64,000 nt of DNA from IMG/VR virus record IMGVR_UViG_3300030098_004604, positions 1 to 64,000 of that record; one strand, given 5' to 3'. This document shows, in pieces, positions 9,102-19,283 of this stretch; position 1 is the first letter of the stretch, and every line of letters starts with the position of its first letter. The translations under genes were made by a program, and so were the position numbers. Below the pieces are notes generated by a model that had not been told where the DNA came from, made no database searches, and saw only the letters and a list, made by a program, of their open reading frames with translations. The DNA is from an uncultured virus (IMG/VR IMGVR_UViG_3300030098_004604) (Duplodnaviria > Heunggongvirae > Uroviricota > Caudoviricetes).

Positions 9102-12100
9102 GTGAAGTTTGCACATATAGCAGATACTCATATTAAAAATCTGAAGTATCACTATGAATATAACATTATTTTTGAGCAGTTGTATGAGACACTGCGAGAA
9201 CAAGAGGTGGACTATATTGTCCACTGCGGGGACATAGCCCACACAAAGACACAAATCTCACCGGAATTTGTTGAGATGTGTTCACAATTCTTTAAGAATT
9301 TGGCAGAGATTGCACCGACATATATTATTTTGGGTAATCACGATGGCAACTTGAAGAACAGTAGTCGTCAAGATGCTTTGACACCAATTGTCGAAGCGCT
9401 TGATTTGGACGATCTGCATCTTCTTAAGGAGTCAGGAGAAACACATATTGATGATGATTTCTGCCTGAATGTGCTTTCGGTATTTGATCGAGACAACTGG
9501 ATTAAGCCGACTAACACAGACAAGATTAATATCGCCCTGTATCACGGATCGATTAGTCGCTGCAAGACAGACACCAATTGGACAATGACACATGGCGAAG
9601 ATGAGCTTAGTATTTTTAATGACTTTGATTTCTCTATGTTGGGAGACATTCACCGCCGTCAATTCTTGGATGAGGATGGCCGCGTTTGGTACGCGGGTTC
9701 TACTGTTCAGCAGAATCATGGCGAGACTAACGACAAGGGTATTCTGATTTGGGATATTAAATCTAAGGACGATTGGGAGATCGAACCCGTTGTCTTGAAG
9801 AATCCGCGACCCTTCTTTACGATTCCGCTGACGCTAACGGGCCGCATGCCACGCAACATTGACGTGCCAGAGAACGCACGCTTGCGTCTTGTTAGCACAA
9901 ACAATCTTCCGCTTGATTCTATGCGGCGTGCTATGGATATTGCTAAGCACCGCTTTAAGCCTGAAAGTATCTCGTTTTTGAATAGAGCAGCAGGCGAGCG
10001 CGGCAATGTTGAAGATATTACCGACACACTGCAGACGGAAAACCTTCGAGATATCAATATTCAAGAAGAATTGATTGATGAATATCTGTCAGACTTTCAA
10101 GTGGATCCGGATACGCTAGAAACTGTGTATGAACTCAACCGTAAATACAATAAAATTGTTGAGGACAATGAAGAAATTTCTAGAAATGTTAACTGGAAAA
10201 TAAAGAATTTTAAGTGGGACAACTTATTTAACTATGGAGAGGATAACTCAATTGATTTTCACAGCATGTCAGGGATTGTTGGAATCTTTGGAAAGAACTT
10301 TTCTGGGAAGAGTTCTATTATCGATGCTGCGCTTTACACTCTCTTTAACACAACCTCCAAAAACGAACGAAAAAACCTTAACGTCATCAATCAAAATAAG
10401 GACTTCGGAAGAGGAGAGTTAGAGATCCAAGTTGGAACAAGGCGCTACACGATTACCAGAGCTTCTGAGAAATATATCAAGCGCCTCAAGGGAGAGGAAA
10501 CCCAAGAGGCTAAGACCGATCTGAACTTCGAAGTATATGATGAGGTCACCGGCGAGACAACTTCGCTCAACGGCACCACGCGCAATCAGACCGATGCAAA
10601 TATTCGCAAGCACTTCGGGACTATAGAAGATTTTTCTGTGTCCTCTCTGGCGTCGCAGCACGGAGCATTCTCATTTGTTGATGAGGGCTCGACTCGTCGC
10701 AAGGAGATTATCGCTAAGTTCTTGGACTTGGAGGTGTTTGATAAGAAGTTTAGATTAGCAAAGGAAGATTCTGTCGACACCAAGGTTCTACTAAGAAAGA
10801 ACGAGGACCGCGAGTTTGATGCAGAAATCGAAGAAGTGCTCGCCGATCTTACTGCGGCAAGAAAAAAGTCAGAACGAAACCAAGCTACCTGCGCTCAGTT
10901 GACCGAAGCGATTGATGCTAGGAATATTGAGCTTGACTCGTTGAGCATGCAGATAAACTCTATTCCTGCAGAGTTCATTGATATCTCTGTTGCAACACAG
11001 AGCCGGCATAACAAACAACGAGATTTGAAATTGTTGACCGAGGAGATTGCTCAGCAGGATATTGATATTGATAAGAAGCAGGCGAAGTATGACAAGTCGT
11101 ATGNNNNNNNNNNCGTATGAGTTTGTTGCCTCTATTAATATCGATGAACTGAGAGAGAAGCAGGTTGTTGCAGAAAGTGTGCAGGCCAAGATTGACAAGC
11201 TGCAAAAAGAGATGGCCGAGATTGACAAGAAGCAGGAGCTTTTGAACAGCATTCCTTGTGGCGACTCGTTCCCCACCTGTCGCTTTATAAAAGACGCACA
11301 CATTGCCGTAGCCACGCAAGAGGTCACAGAGCATGAATTGTCCTCTGCAGTCGCCGCGCTTTCGGAAATGGGTGCTGATGATGTCAAGAGAAAAATCTCC
11401 CAGTTCGAAACGATTGAGGCTTTAGCTGAGTCGTTAGAAAGGCAAATCTCTACTCTGCAACTTAAGCGAGAGAGAAACAAGAATGCCAAGACAAACATAG
11501 AGTTTCAGCTAAGAGAAGTTGAATCAAAAATCGAAGAGTACAACGATAACAGGGATGTTATCGAGAACCTAGAAAAACTATTAAACGAAAAGGAAGAACA
11601 TGAAAAGGAAATCGAACTTTCGCAAGCTAAGATCAAACGCTGCGAGAAGAAGACGCTTGACTTATACAAACAAATTGGCTCTGAGGAGCAAAAACTACAA
11701 TCCCTTCGGGATGAGCGAGCCTCCCACCTTAGATTGCGACGAGAGTTTGCAGCCTACGATCTCTTCATGCGATGTATGCACGCAAACGGAATTGCCTACG
11801 ACGTAATCAAAAAGAAGATTCCAGTTATCAATCAGGAGATTGCAAAGATTCTTGCGAACATTGTTGACTTTGAGATCTTCTTTGAGAGCAATGGAAATAA
11901 GTTTGATATTTTTATCAAGCATCCGCTGCATGATGAAAGACCAATTGAAATGGCTTCTGGTGCGGAAAAGACAATGGCTGCGATGGCTATTCGATTGGCG
12001 CTTCTTAGCGTTTCGTCGTTGCCAAAGGCAGACTTGTTTATTCTTGACGAACCCGGAACTGCATTAGACGAAGAAAATATGGAGGGGTTTATTAGGATAT

Positions 12101-12225
12101 TGGAACTAATTAAAGTGTATTTTAAGAACGTTTTGCTGATCTCCCACCTTGACTCGCTCAAAGACTGTGTAGATATGCAGATTGTTATTGAGAAAAACAA
12201 AGGATTCGCAAGGGTAAACCAATGA
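9102..12225 (+). CDS. Fused Mre11/SbcD nuclease + Rad50/SbcC ATPase (T4 gp47-gp46-like), interrupted by an N gap
   Basis: Phosphoesterase motifs ADTH, GD, GNHD, HG, GDIH; Walker A GKNFSGKSS; signature ASGAE; Walker B FILDEP; ISH. Collapsing the duplicated CGTATG around the N run joins the two ORFs in frame. Confidence 0.9.
11104..11113. other. Assembly gap (10 N)
   Basis: N run flanked by duplicated CGTATG. Confidence 0.95.
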
Positions 12226-13376
12226 GTGACAACGATAACGAAAACAAAGATAACAAAAACGAATTTGACTTTCTGCCTCCCGCAGAGCCACCACCCTCCT
12301 TCAATCAGGAGAAAGACCACTATCACGAAGAAGTTGCAGCAGAGGATTTCGGTATGGTCGAGGATTTTGGGCTTCAAATGGAATATTCCGATGAAGACCT
12401 CCTCCCTGAAAATACCGCTCCATCTTCATTGAATGTGGGCTTTGTAGGCGTCGGCGGTGGAGGCAACAAAATGGCCAATGCTTTTATTGAGCTTGGTTTC
12501 AACAAGACCCTGTTGGTTAACACCACAGGCAAAGACATTCCAAAGAATGTCGAAGAGGAACACGTTGTCCTCATTCCCGATTCTGACGGAATCGGCAAAA
12601 ACACAGAATATGGAAAAGAGGTATTAAGTCAAAATGGCGCAATTGTTGAAGATGCTCTCCGCATCAAACTCGGTAAAGTTGATTGGTTATTCGTCCTTGC
12701 TGGCGGTGGTGGTGGCACCGGTAGTTCTGTTACCGCTCTTCACCCTGTCTTTGAGCGTTACATGCGCTCTGTGCAGTCAAGTGGTAAGGTCGTTTATATA
12801 GTTTCATGGCCAACGGCTCAAGAAAACCTTAACCCCACAATCGCTCGTAATGCGTTGACGCTGGCAAATGATGTTGCCAAGCACCCGCATATCATCTTAG
12901 ATAATGAACGAGCCACACGTTTACTTCGTGGTAGAATCGGCATGCTTGGCATGTATCCGGTCGCCAACACACAATTTGCTAAGTCGTTAGCCCAAGTGCT
13001 TAAACTCTCCACAGAGGACTCACCGATTCAATCTTTTGATTCGAAGGATTTGGAAACATGCTTGGGTAATGACGGTCGCGCCTTTATGGGCTCAACCATG
13101 ATAAAGGATCCAAATACTGGAAAGCTTGGATCGGTGATTCTCCACAACTGCATGAATCGTTCTGCATGCCCGCCCCCCAAGGGCAAGGCCGCAGCCGGCT
13201 CTCTAATTTTGGTTGTCTCTGAGGAGATGGCTTCTGATCCAAAAGTCAGCAAGAACATTGAGTCGGCAATCGCTTATGTCGGCGGTCGATGCGAGACACT
13301 TTTCTCTGGCGTTTATGTCAGAAAGAATGTACCCGGTCTGATTGCGATACTAAGTATGAATGGATTAGCGACATAG
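12222..13376 (+). CDS. FtsZ/tubulin-family GTPase (TubZ/PhuZ-like)
   Basis: GVGGGGNK, tubulin signature GGGGGTGSS, LDNE, T7-loop-like FDSKD; acidic N-terminal extension. Confidence 0.9.
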   Translation: MSDNDNENKDNKNEFDFLPPAEPPPSFNQEKDHYHEEVAAEDFGMVEDFGLQMEYSDEDLLPENTAPSSLNVGFVGVGGGGNKMANAFIELGFNKTLLVNTTGKDIPKNVEEEHVVLIPDSDGIGKNTEYGKEVLSQNGAIVEDALRIKLGKVDWLFVLAGGGGGTGSSVTALHPVFERYMRSVQSSGKVVYIVSWPTAQENLNPTIARNALTLANDVAKHPHIILDNERATRLLRGRIGMLGMYPVANTQFAKSLAQVLKLSTEDSPIQSFDSKDLETCLGNDGRAFMGSTMIKDPNTGKLGSVILHNCMNRSACPPPKGKAAAGSLILVVSEEMASDPKVSKNIESAIAYVGGRCETLFSGVYVRKNVPGLIAILSMNGLAT

Positions 13377-13777
13377 GAGATTATAATGGCTAGACGTAAA
13401 AACACAAGAAGAATTGATCCTCGTTATTTTATTGACGAGAAAATGCAGATACCAACACCGGTAATTAAAAAATGTTTGGCACTAGCAGACAAACTGGAAA
13501 GAGGCCCAGATACAACAGGTACACAAATATCTGGTGGTGGCGCAGGCGACTACCCAGAATTTCTGCCCCAAACTCCAGAACAGAAAAAACAAGCGCAAGC
13601 TGCATACGATGAAATTCAAAAACAATTCGACGATGCCCGATGCATGGATACTTTAGAGCGCGCTGAAGCATATGGAGATATTAAACATAACCCACTCACG
13701 AATGACCCCTTCGGCCCGTCATCGGAATCCCCCGGTAGAATGAGACTGAAAAGATAACTAAGTATGAATGGATTAGC
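13349..13777 (+). repeat. 21-bp direct repeat ACTAAGTATGAATGGATTAGC at 13349-13369 and 13757-13777
   Basis: Exact match read from the sequence; flanks the 13386..13757 gene. Confidence 0.9.
13386..13757 (+). CDS. Hypothetical protein, RKNTRRxDPRYF-leader family
   Basis: SD AGGAG; N-terminus shared with 19280..19738. Confidence 0.7.
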   Translation: MARRKNTRRIDPRYFIDEKMQIPTPVIKKCLALADKLERGPDTTGTQISGGGAGDYPEFLPQTPEQKKQAQAAYDEIQKQFDDARCMDTLERAEAYGDIKHNPLTNDPFGPSSESPGRMRLKR

Positions 13778-13798
13778 AACTTAAAAGGAATCTAAGCA

Positions 13799-14164
13799 AT
13801 GAAAATCACAAAATCACAACTTAAACAAATAATCAAGGAAGAACTTGAAGAAGGCTTTATGGATAAAGTAACTGGTATGCTAGGTTCCAAGAAAGAAGAA
13901 CTTCCTATGAGCGATAAGATTGCTGCTGTTCGTAGAATGTTTCTTGACGTTGGCGATGATCTCGACGAGAACGATAAACTCAATAATGCGATGGAAGCCT
14001 TGGACGCTCTCGAACTCAAGGATGAAGTTGGCGAAGACGATTCTATTGGAAAGAAACTTTGGGACGCATCTTCTAATCTTTATCAAGCCTTCAATGATTT
14101 GAATGCACTTTTGAGGGAAGCCGAGATTATGGCCTTGCGTTCCGAGTACAAGGAAGAAACATAA
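13799..14164 (+). CDS. MKIT-leader protein (putative internal head protein)
   Basis: MKITKSQLKQIIKEEL leader. Confidence 0.75.
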   Translation: MKITKSQLKQIIKEELEEGFMDKVTGMLGSKKEELPMSDKIAAVRRMFLDVGDDLDENDKLNNAMEALDALELKDEVGEDDSIGKKLWDASSNLYQAFNDLNALLREAEIMALRSEYKEET

Positions 14165-14523
14165 TGAAAATAACAAAATCACAACTTAAACAGATCATCA
14201 AGGAAGAGCTTGAAATTGTGTTAAGCGAGAATAGGCTAAACATGCAAGCGGTCGAAGATGCATTCACGATGGCGGTTGTTGAAAGACCTCCTAAACTGGG
14301 ATTACCAGTTGCGGTCACAATCGAAGTGGTAAACAAAAAGCTGGCTGAAACACTTGGATGGGTTCCCGATGAAAATCAGGTATCAATATTCTTAAGACAA
14401 ATATTGACGGATCAATCTGTACTAGAACGCCTTGGAATTGAAAAGGTGGATCTAGGATCAGAGATTACACAAACCACAGACGGCATGACTTATAGAAACA
14501 AAGAAGCCGCTGCGAGGGTATAA
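14164..14523 (+). CDS. MKIT-leader protein
   Basis: MKITKSQLKQIIKEEL leader; TAATG coupling. Confidence 0.75.
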   Translation: MKITKSQLKQIIKEELEIVLSENRLNMQAVEDAFTMAVVERPPKLGLPVAVTIEVVNKKLAETLGWVPDENQVSIFLRQILTDQSVLERLGIEKVDLGSEITQTTDGMTYRNKEAAARV

Positions 14524-14524
14524 A

Positions 14525-14902
14525 ATGAAAATCACAAAATCACAACTTAAACAGATTATTAAAGAAGAGCTATCAAACACTCTCAAGCTCAAAGAGAGCA
14601 TTTCTGTGGAAGCGTGGGATAATCTTCGATCCGTGCTGGAAAGCAATCAGGAAATCTTTCGCTTGGCATATCAAGACTTAATCAATTCTCATCGTCCCGA
14701 TCAAATCGACGCAGACACCGGAGAGCCTGTTGATTCCGACCCCCACACAGAAGCCATGAAACAGATTGTGAGCCTTATTGAACCTTATCTCACCGATGAA
14801 GAAGATCCTTGGGAGCGTGGAGCTTCTTGGGAAGATGACGAAAGCTGGCAAGAAGAAGAAAGAGACATTGAGGGCCGCTCCCCAAAAGGTACTGAACAAT
14901 GA
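14525..14902 (+). CDS. MKIT-leader protein
   Basis: MKITKSQLKQIIKEEL leader. Confidence 0.75.
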   Translation: MKITKSQLKQIIKEELSNTLKLKESISVEAWDNLRSVLESNQEIFRLAYQDLINSHRPDQIDADTGEPVDSDPHTEAMKQIVSLIEPYLTDEEDPWERGASWEDDESWQEEERDIEGRSPKGTEQ

Positions 14903-15219
14903 AAATTACAAAGAAACAGCTTAAACAGATCATTAAGGAAGAAATAGAGAGCACTTTAAAAGAGTACATCGGGCGACCTCTGCACAGGCCATACAGTGAC
15001 GCGGAGCAAAAAGAGCGCGACAAACAGGGCGCGCTTCGTCAAGCCGCAGTGGAGGAGCTTAATAACAACGAAGAAGCCGGCGCGCTTTGGGATAAGCTTC
15101 GAGACCACACGTATGGCTCCGAAGAAGAATACAACACGGATTTAAACGCATTTGCAGCGCTCTTCCCCAAGAACTTGCAAGCCATGGCGAAGAAACTTGT
15201 GGCCATGAACCAACATTAA
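14899..15219 (+). CDS. MKIT-leader protein
   Basis: MKITKKQLKQIIKEEI leader; ATGA overlap. Confidence 0.75.
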   Translation: MKITKKQLKQIIKEEIESTLKEYIGRPLHRPYSDAEQKERDKQGALRQAAVEELNNNEEAGALWDKLRDHTYGSEEEYNTDLNAFAALFPKNLQAMAKKLVAMNQH

Positions 15220-15230
15220 GGAACAGCACA

Positions 15231-15758
15231 ATGAAGATCACCAGAACACAACTTAAAGCTTTAATTCGCGAACAGGTCGCAGCAGTCATTAACGAAACAG
15301 ACTGGCGCGATGTTTCTGATCCGGACTATCACAAACCTCAAGGAGAAGCCGGCCCGTATGCTGACTTCAAGGAAGGTATGCCAGAAGTCGCCGGCCTCAT
15401 GTCTCAGGCAGGAGCATACGCGATGCCCCCCGCCGCCATGCAGAGGTTAATGCGAGTCATTAAAGAATTTGCGCCGCACCTTCCCGACGAAGAGTTGCTG
15501 AATTTTGCTCAACAGCTTATTGATGCTGGTGCCCTTGAAACTGCGCTATCGGCCCCCAAAGGCACATTGCAGGAGGACAAGGAGGGCAAAGGCAAGTGTC
15601 CTTCTGACGGCTGTGTTCAAGCTCGCGAAGGTCACTGGGTTGTAATCTCAAATAAGACTGGAGAGTGTTGGGGAAGAAGTAAGAAAGAAGGCGGCAAATG
15701 CACTCAGTATGATTCTCGTAAGGATGCCGAGGCAGCCTTGGATGCATATCACGCATAA
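15231..15758 (+). CDS. MKIT-leader protein with Cys-containing C-terminal domain
   Basis: MKITRTQLKALIREQV leader. Confidence 0.7.
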   Translation: MKITRTQLKALIREQVAAVINETDWRDVSDPDYHKPQGEAGPYADFKEGMPEVAGLMSQAGAYAMPPAAMQRLMRVIKEFAPHLPDEELLNFAQQLIDAGALETALSAPKGTLQEDKEGKGKCPSDGCVQAREGHWVVISNKTGECWGRSKKEGGKCTQYDSRKDAEAALDAYHA

Positions 15759-15769
15759 GGAACTAAACA

Positions 15770-16237
15770 ATGAACACAATATTTGAAAATTGGAGAATTG
15801 ACCTTCTATATGAAGAGTGGCTAAAGAATAGGTCGCTCAATGAGGGGCAGTCTAGGTTTACATTGGCACAGGCGGCCACCATTCTTGGTCTCCACCCCAA
15901 ACAAGCCAAAAAGAAGCCGCTCAATAAAGTCATGGCCATCAAAGCTAAAGAGAAATATCGGCAGTTGGCCTTGAAGTATCATCCGGATCGGAACCCGGAC
16001 AATCCCGAAGCGGAAGCCAAGTTTAAAGAGGTGTCCGAAGCATACGCCGTTCTTACGGACGATGATATCACCCCGGCCCCCGCGAAGGCGTCCGACTCCA
16101 GCGGCCAAGCACAAGGCTCAACCACCCCTGAGCCAAACAACGACAAGAGTGAATTGTACAACACGATTATACAAGCGATGGGTAAGGCGTTTGCCCGACC
16201 ACAAGCTGCGGTTGCAGAAGGAAAACAAAAGAAATGA
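15770..16237 (+). CDS. J-domain (DnaJ-like) co-chaperone protein
   Basis: [33 protein letters not shown]: canonical J-domain with HPD. Confidence 0.9.
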   Translation: MNTIFENWRIDLLYEEWLKNRSLNEGQSRFTLAQAATILGLHPKQAKKKPLNKVMAIKAKEKYRQLALKYHPDRNPDNPEAEAKFKEVSEAYAVLTDDDITPAPAKASDSSGQAQGSTTPEPNNDKSELYNTIIQAMGKAFARPQAAVAEGKQKK

Positions 16238-16530
16238 ATTTATTGAGCAGAATTACAGGGTGGTTCTCTAAACCTACTCCCGTCACAGTTGTTGAAGAAG
16301 CGGAAGAGGTTGTTGTAGCTGATGAAGCTGGCGAGTCCGCTGGTGAAATCTTCACTAGACTTTGCCGCACCGCCGGCGTTAAGAACAGAGAGCTAATCAA
16401 GGTAAGCGCCGCCGAAGTTTTTGAGGCGTGGTATGTTGGACCGGTGTCGGATGCAGCTATCTTAGAGGCAATTTCGACATTCAAGAACGAACACCCCGGC
16501 ATCAGCGCAAAACTATCAGGGAAGATTTAA
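16234..16530 (+). CDS. Hypothetical protein
   Basis: ATGA-coupled ORF in a tight operon. Confidence 0.6.
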   Translation: MNLLSRITGWFSKPTPVTVVEEAEEVVVADEAGESAGEIFTRLCRTAGVKNRELIKVSAAEVFEAWYVGPVSDAAILEAISTFKNEHPGISAKLSGKI

Positions 16531-16531
16531 A

Positions 16532-17368
16532 ATGAATATTACTAAAGCTAGATTAATTGAAATCATCAAAGAAGAGGTGATTAAAGAGGCAGGCGGAGTC
16601 GCCGGCAACTTTGGCGGTGTTGCTACAGAGTTGGGCGCCCAGCGCGCCGACGGCAACGATTTGCCAGACCACGACCTCTACGGCCCACAGCAGACAGCCG
16701 AAGACAATTTTGTTGGCATCTTAAATGAAATTGGTCACATGCTCGATGCATGGGAGAAGAAGAAGTATCCCTCTGACGAGGCCCGATACATGAGCTATTT
16801 TGAAGATCTTCAAGGGCTGCTTGAGCAGTACGATCCTTGCGCCCATGTTGGGCAGAAGTGCGAGGACGTTCATCCAAACCAAAGCCACGAAGAGTGTGTG
16901 GAGGTTACGATTAACAATGCGCTTTACGAGGCGGCTCAAAAAAGACTTAACGAAATGTACCCGCGCAGACGCGGACACTCAGCGCGATCTAATGTCGCGG
17001 GACCGGTCAACCCCAAGCGAAAATTAAAATACGGAGAGAAATGTCCGGCCGGCTACAAGTTAGGGCTTACGGATTATTGTGAGAAAATCGGCGCCCGCCC
17101 GAAGGACATCGAGAACGCAATTAACGACATTGAAAACCCTAACCGGTCCGGCGGCTATGGTGGACTTGAAGAGGAAAACAGCTGACCAGACAAAGAGGGC
17201 TCAGGTGAGCTTGGAGAAGTTTTAGGACCAGATGCGGAAGTTGGCGAATATATTGAAGATTTTCAAGATTCCGATGCTCCCCAGTTTAAGGGAAAGAGCA
17301 AGAAGAAAAAAGCCCAAATGGCCTACGCGGCCCACGCAGCAGCCAAAGAAAAAAGAGGTAAAAAATGA
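16532..17368 (+). CDS. MKIT-leader protein with in-frame UGA at 17183-17185 (217 aa, or 278 aa on readthrough)
   Basis: Frame stays open 60 codons past the UGA, encodes EYIEDFQDSDAPQFKGKSKKKKAQMAYAA and ends in an ATGA overlap with the next gene. Confidence 0.65.
17197..17212 (+). promoter_or_regulatory. SECIS-like hairpin GGGCUC-AGGU-GAGCUU
   Basis: Starts 11 nt after the in-frame UGA; loop G,U at +23/+24 counting U of UGA as +1. Confidence 0.45.
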
Positions 17369-17565
17369 TGGAAAAATCAAAAGCATTTGTTGATACATGG
17401 TTATCAAAACTGACATCGCGCAAGCTATTAGTGTGGGGTACAGCAACCGCACTTACGTTTGCAGGACACGTTACCAGCGAAGATTGGGTAATCATTTCCG
17501 CAATCTATATCGGAGGTCAAACTGTGATCGATGGTATTGCAAGGCTGCGGGGGCATAATGACTAA
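17365..17565 (+). CDS. Putative holin-like small membrane protein
   Basis: 66 aa, two hydrophobic segments, SRKLL motif. Confidence 0.5.
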   Translation: MMEKSKAFVDTWLSKLTSRKLLVWGTATALTFAGHVTSEDWVIISAIYIGGQTVIDGIARLRGHND

Positions 17566-17941
17566 TGAGGTCATTGTCAAGTTTGTTTTAAACAATTGGA
17601 AGCAGATTCTTTTCGGAGTACTTCTGCTGGCGCTGATGGCGAAGTTTCGCTACGATTACCACCAACTAGAGAAGGCATACGAAACAAGCCAGCAATCCTT
17701 AGAAGAGCAGATTGCAGGACTGAAGGATATTCATAAGCGCGAACTAGAGCGACGCGATGAGGCCATTGAGAAATATCGAGATGCCTTAGAACAACTGGAA
17801 GAGAGCTACTTAGACTCCCAAGTGGAACTTGAGCGAGAGCGTAACAAGTACAAGAAAGATCGTGTCAAAGATTTCAAAACCGACCCAGACGCACTGAGTA
17901 AAGATATTGAGGAGGCATTCGGCTTTATAAATGCTCGCTAG
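17558..17941 (+). CDS. N-terminally anchored coiled-coil protein (i-spanin-like)
   Basis: N-terminal TM (ILFGVLLLALMA) followed by a long coiled coil. Confidence 0.45.
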   Translation: MTNEVIVKFVLNNWKQILFGVLLLALMAKFRYDYHQLEKAYETSQQSLEEQIAGLKDIHKRELERRDEAIEKYRDALEQLEESYLDSQVELERERNKYKKDRVKDFKTDPDALSKDIEEAFGFINAR

Positions 17942-18353
17942 TTTACTATTGCTGTTCACAATGACCGCGCATGCCGAGGAGCCGGGGAAGTTTGTAATAC
18001 TTCGTCAGAATGAGTGCGCGCCTTTCGAAGGCGTATTGTTCGATCCCGTAGCCACAGCAGAGGTTCTCAATGTAAAAGTTTATGCTAAGCGCGAGTGTGA
18101 AATGACATTGGCGCATGAATTAGAAAAGAAAGAAATAGAATTCCAATTAGAAAGAGACAAATACAATATTCGATATGATGCACTTGTAGAAGAACACAAA
18201 CTTCTGGTTGAACAAAAAGATATAGAAATCACAAAACTTCGAGAATCGCTCTTGAAGCAGTCACCACGAAACAATTGGCTGTGGGCTGCCGGCGGAGTGG
18301 TTGTCGGCATGGCCGCCACATACGGCGCTTATAAGGTGTTTAATGACAACTAA
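17931..18353 (+). CDS. Exported coiled-coil protein with C-terminal TM helix (spanin-like partner)
   Basis: Signal peptide ending AHA, coiled coil, C-terminal WLWAAGGVVVGMAATYGAY. Confidence 0.45.
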   Translation: MLASLLLLFTMTAHAEEPGKFVILRQNECAPFEGVLFDPVATAEVLNVKVYAKRECEMTLAHELEKKEIEFQLERDKYNIRYDALVEEHKLLVEQKDIEITKLRESLLKQSPRNNWLWAAGGVVVGMAATYGAYKVFNDN

Positions 18354-18720
18354 AAATCCAGACCGCATCGCTGCAATAGAAAAAGCCATATCTAAGAAAT
18401 ATGGTGACGATGCAATTAAAAACCCTCGTGCTGAATGGGGGGAAGAAAAAGAAAAAGAGTACCTTGAGCAAATGAAAGAGTTCTACGCAAAGGTTAAACG
18501 CAATGAAGAGGCGCAGGAAAAAGTTGACATTAATGGTATAAAGGTTTCAAAAAAACTACTTAATAGAGAATCTTTAAAATGTTGTCCTGTCTGCGGATCT
18601 TTTCCAAGGAAATCAATGGATGATGTATGTCTTGCCAAGTTTGATTGTTGCAATAAATGCTACATTCAATATGTGGAAGGCAGAGAAGAAAGATGGCTAA
18701 AAGGATGGAGACCTGAATAA
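18343..18720 (+). CDS. Hypothetical protein with Zn-finger-like CPVC...CNKC
   Basis: Overlap-coupled ORF with Cys pairs. Confidence 0.6.
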   Translation: MTTKNPDRIAAIEKAISKKYGDDAIKNPRAEWGEEKEKEYLEQMKEFYAKVKRNEEAQEKVDINGIKVSKKLLNRESLKCCPVCGSFPRKSMDDVCLAKFDCCNKCYIQYVEGREERWLKGWRPE

Positions 18721-19283
18721 TGGCAACAGTTTATGAAATAGTACAAGGTTTGGCGCAAGCAGCCGCTAACGCATATGATGGCGCGCTTGGCGAAGATTAT
18801 GAGCCCGACAAGCCCGGCATTCTACGCAGAGAAGAGGGTAACGCCCTCATCGATCAGCGTGTGATGGACGGCTTTAACGTCCGGTTTTATGGCAACAAGA
18901 TGTGCTTGTCCTATCACTCGGAGATTAAGTTGAAGGAAGTTTATGCCTCCGGCTTTGAGACCGAGATGGAGCAGCGAATCGCTGACATCGCAGGCTGGCT
19001 CAAGAAAGAATACAAAAAGATTACAGGCAACTCGGTTAGCCTTACGGAATTGGGCGAAATCGACGTTCGCGTTGAGAACTCTTCTCGCGTTAGAACTTGG
19101 GTCACAGCCAAGATGAATTATACCGTTGGTGGGCTTGATGAGGATTTGGCAATTGAAAAGCCTTCGAAGGATCGCCTCGACAAGAATTGGAAAAGTTTCC
19201 TTGATCAGGGCGGCTGGAATGGTGAAGGTGGCAAGCGCCCCGACAACGATTCCCGCAAGAAAGACAAGGGACCACAATCATGA
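18720..19283 (+). CDS. Hypothetical protein
   Basis: TAATG-coupled 187-aa ORF. Confidence 0.6.
   Translation: MATVYEIVQGLAQAAANAYDGALGEDYEPDKPGILRREEGNALIDQRVMDGFNVRFYGNKMCLSYHSEIKLKEVYASGFETEMEQRIADIAGWLKKEYKKITGNSVSLTELGEIDVRVENSSRVRTWVTAKMNYTVGGLDEDLAIEKPSKDRLDKNWKSFLDQGGWNGEGGKRPDNDSRKKDKGPQS

Noticed and set aside
11047..11120. Frameshifted or pseudogenised sbcC
   Set aside because: The break coincides with a 10-N scaffold gap with duplicated flanks; collapsing it restores the frame
12222..13376. Nucleus-forming (chimallin) phage assignment
   Set aside because: Head and tail genes are T4-like, promoters are sigma70-type, and no chimallin or phage RNA polymerase is recognisable in the window
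13799..15280. CRISPR array or integron attC cassettes
   Set aside because: The repeats are coding leaders varying at synonymous sites, spaced by whole genes, non-palindromic; no cas or integrase seen
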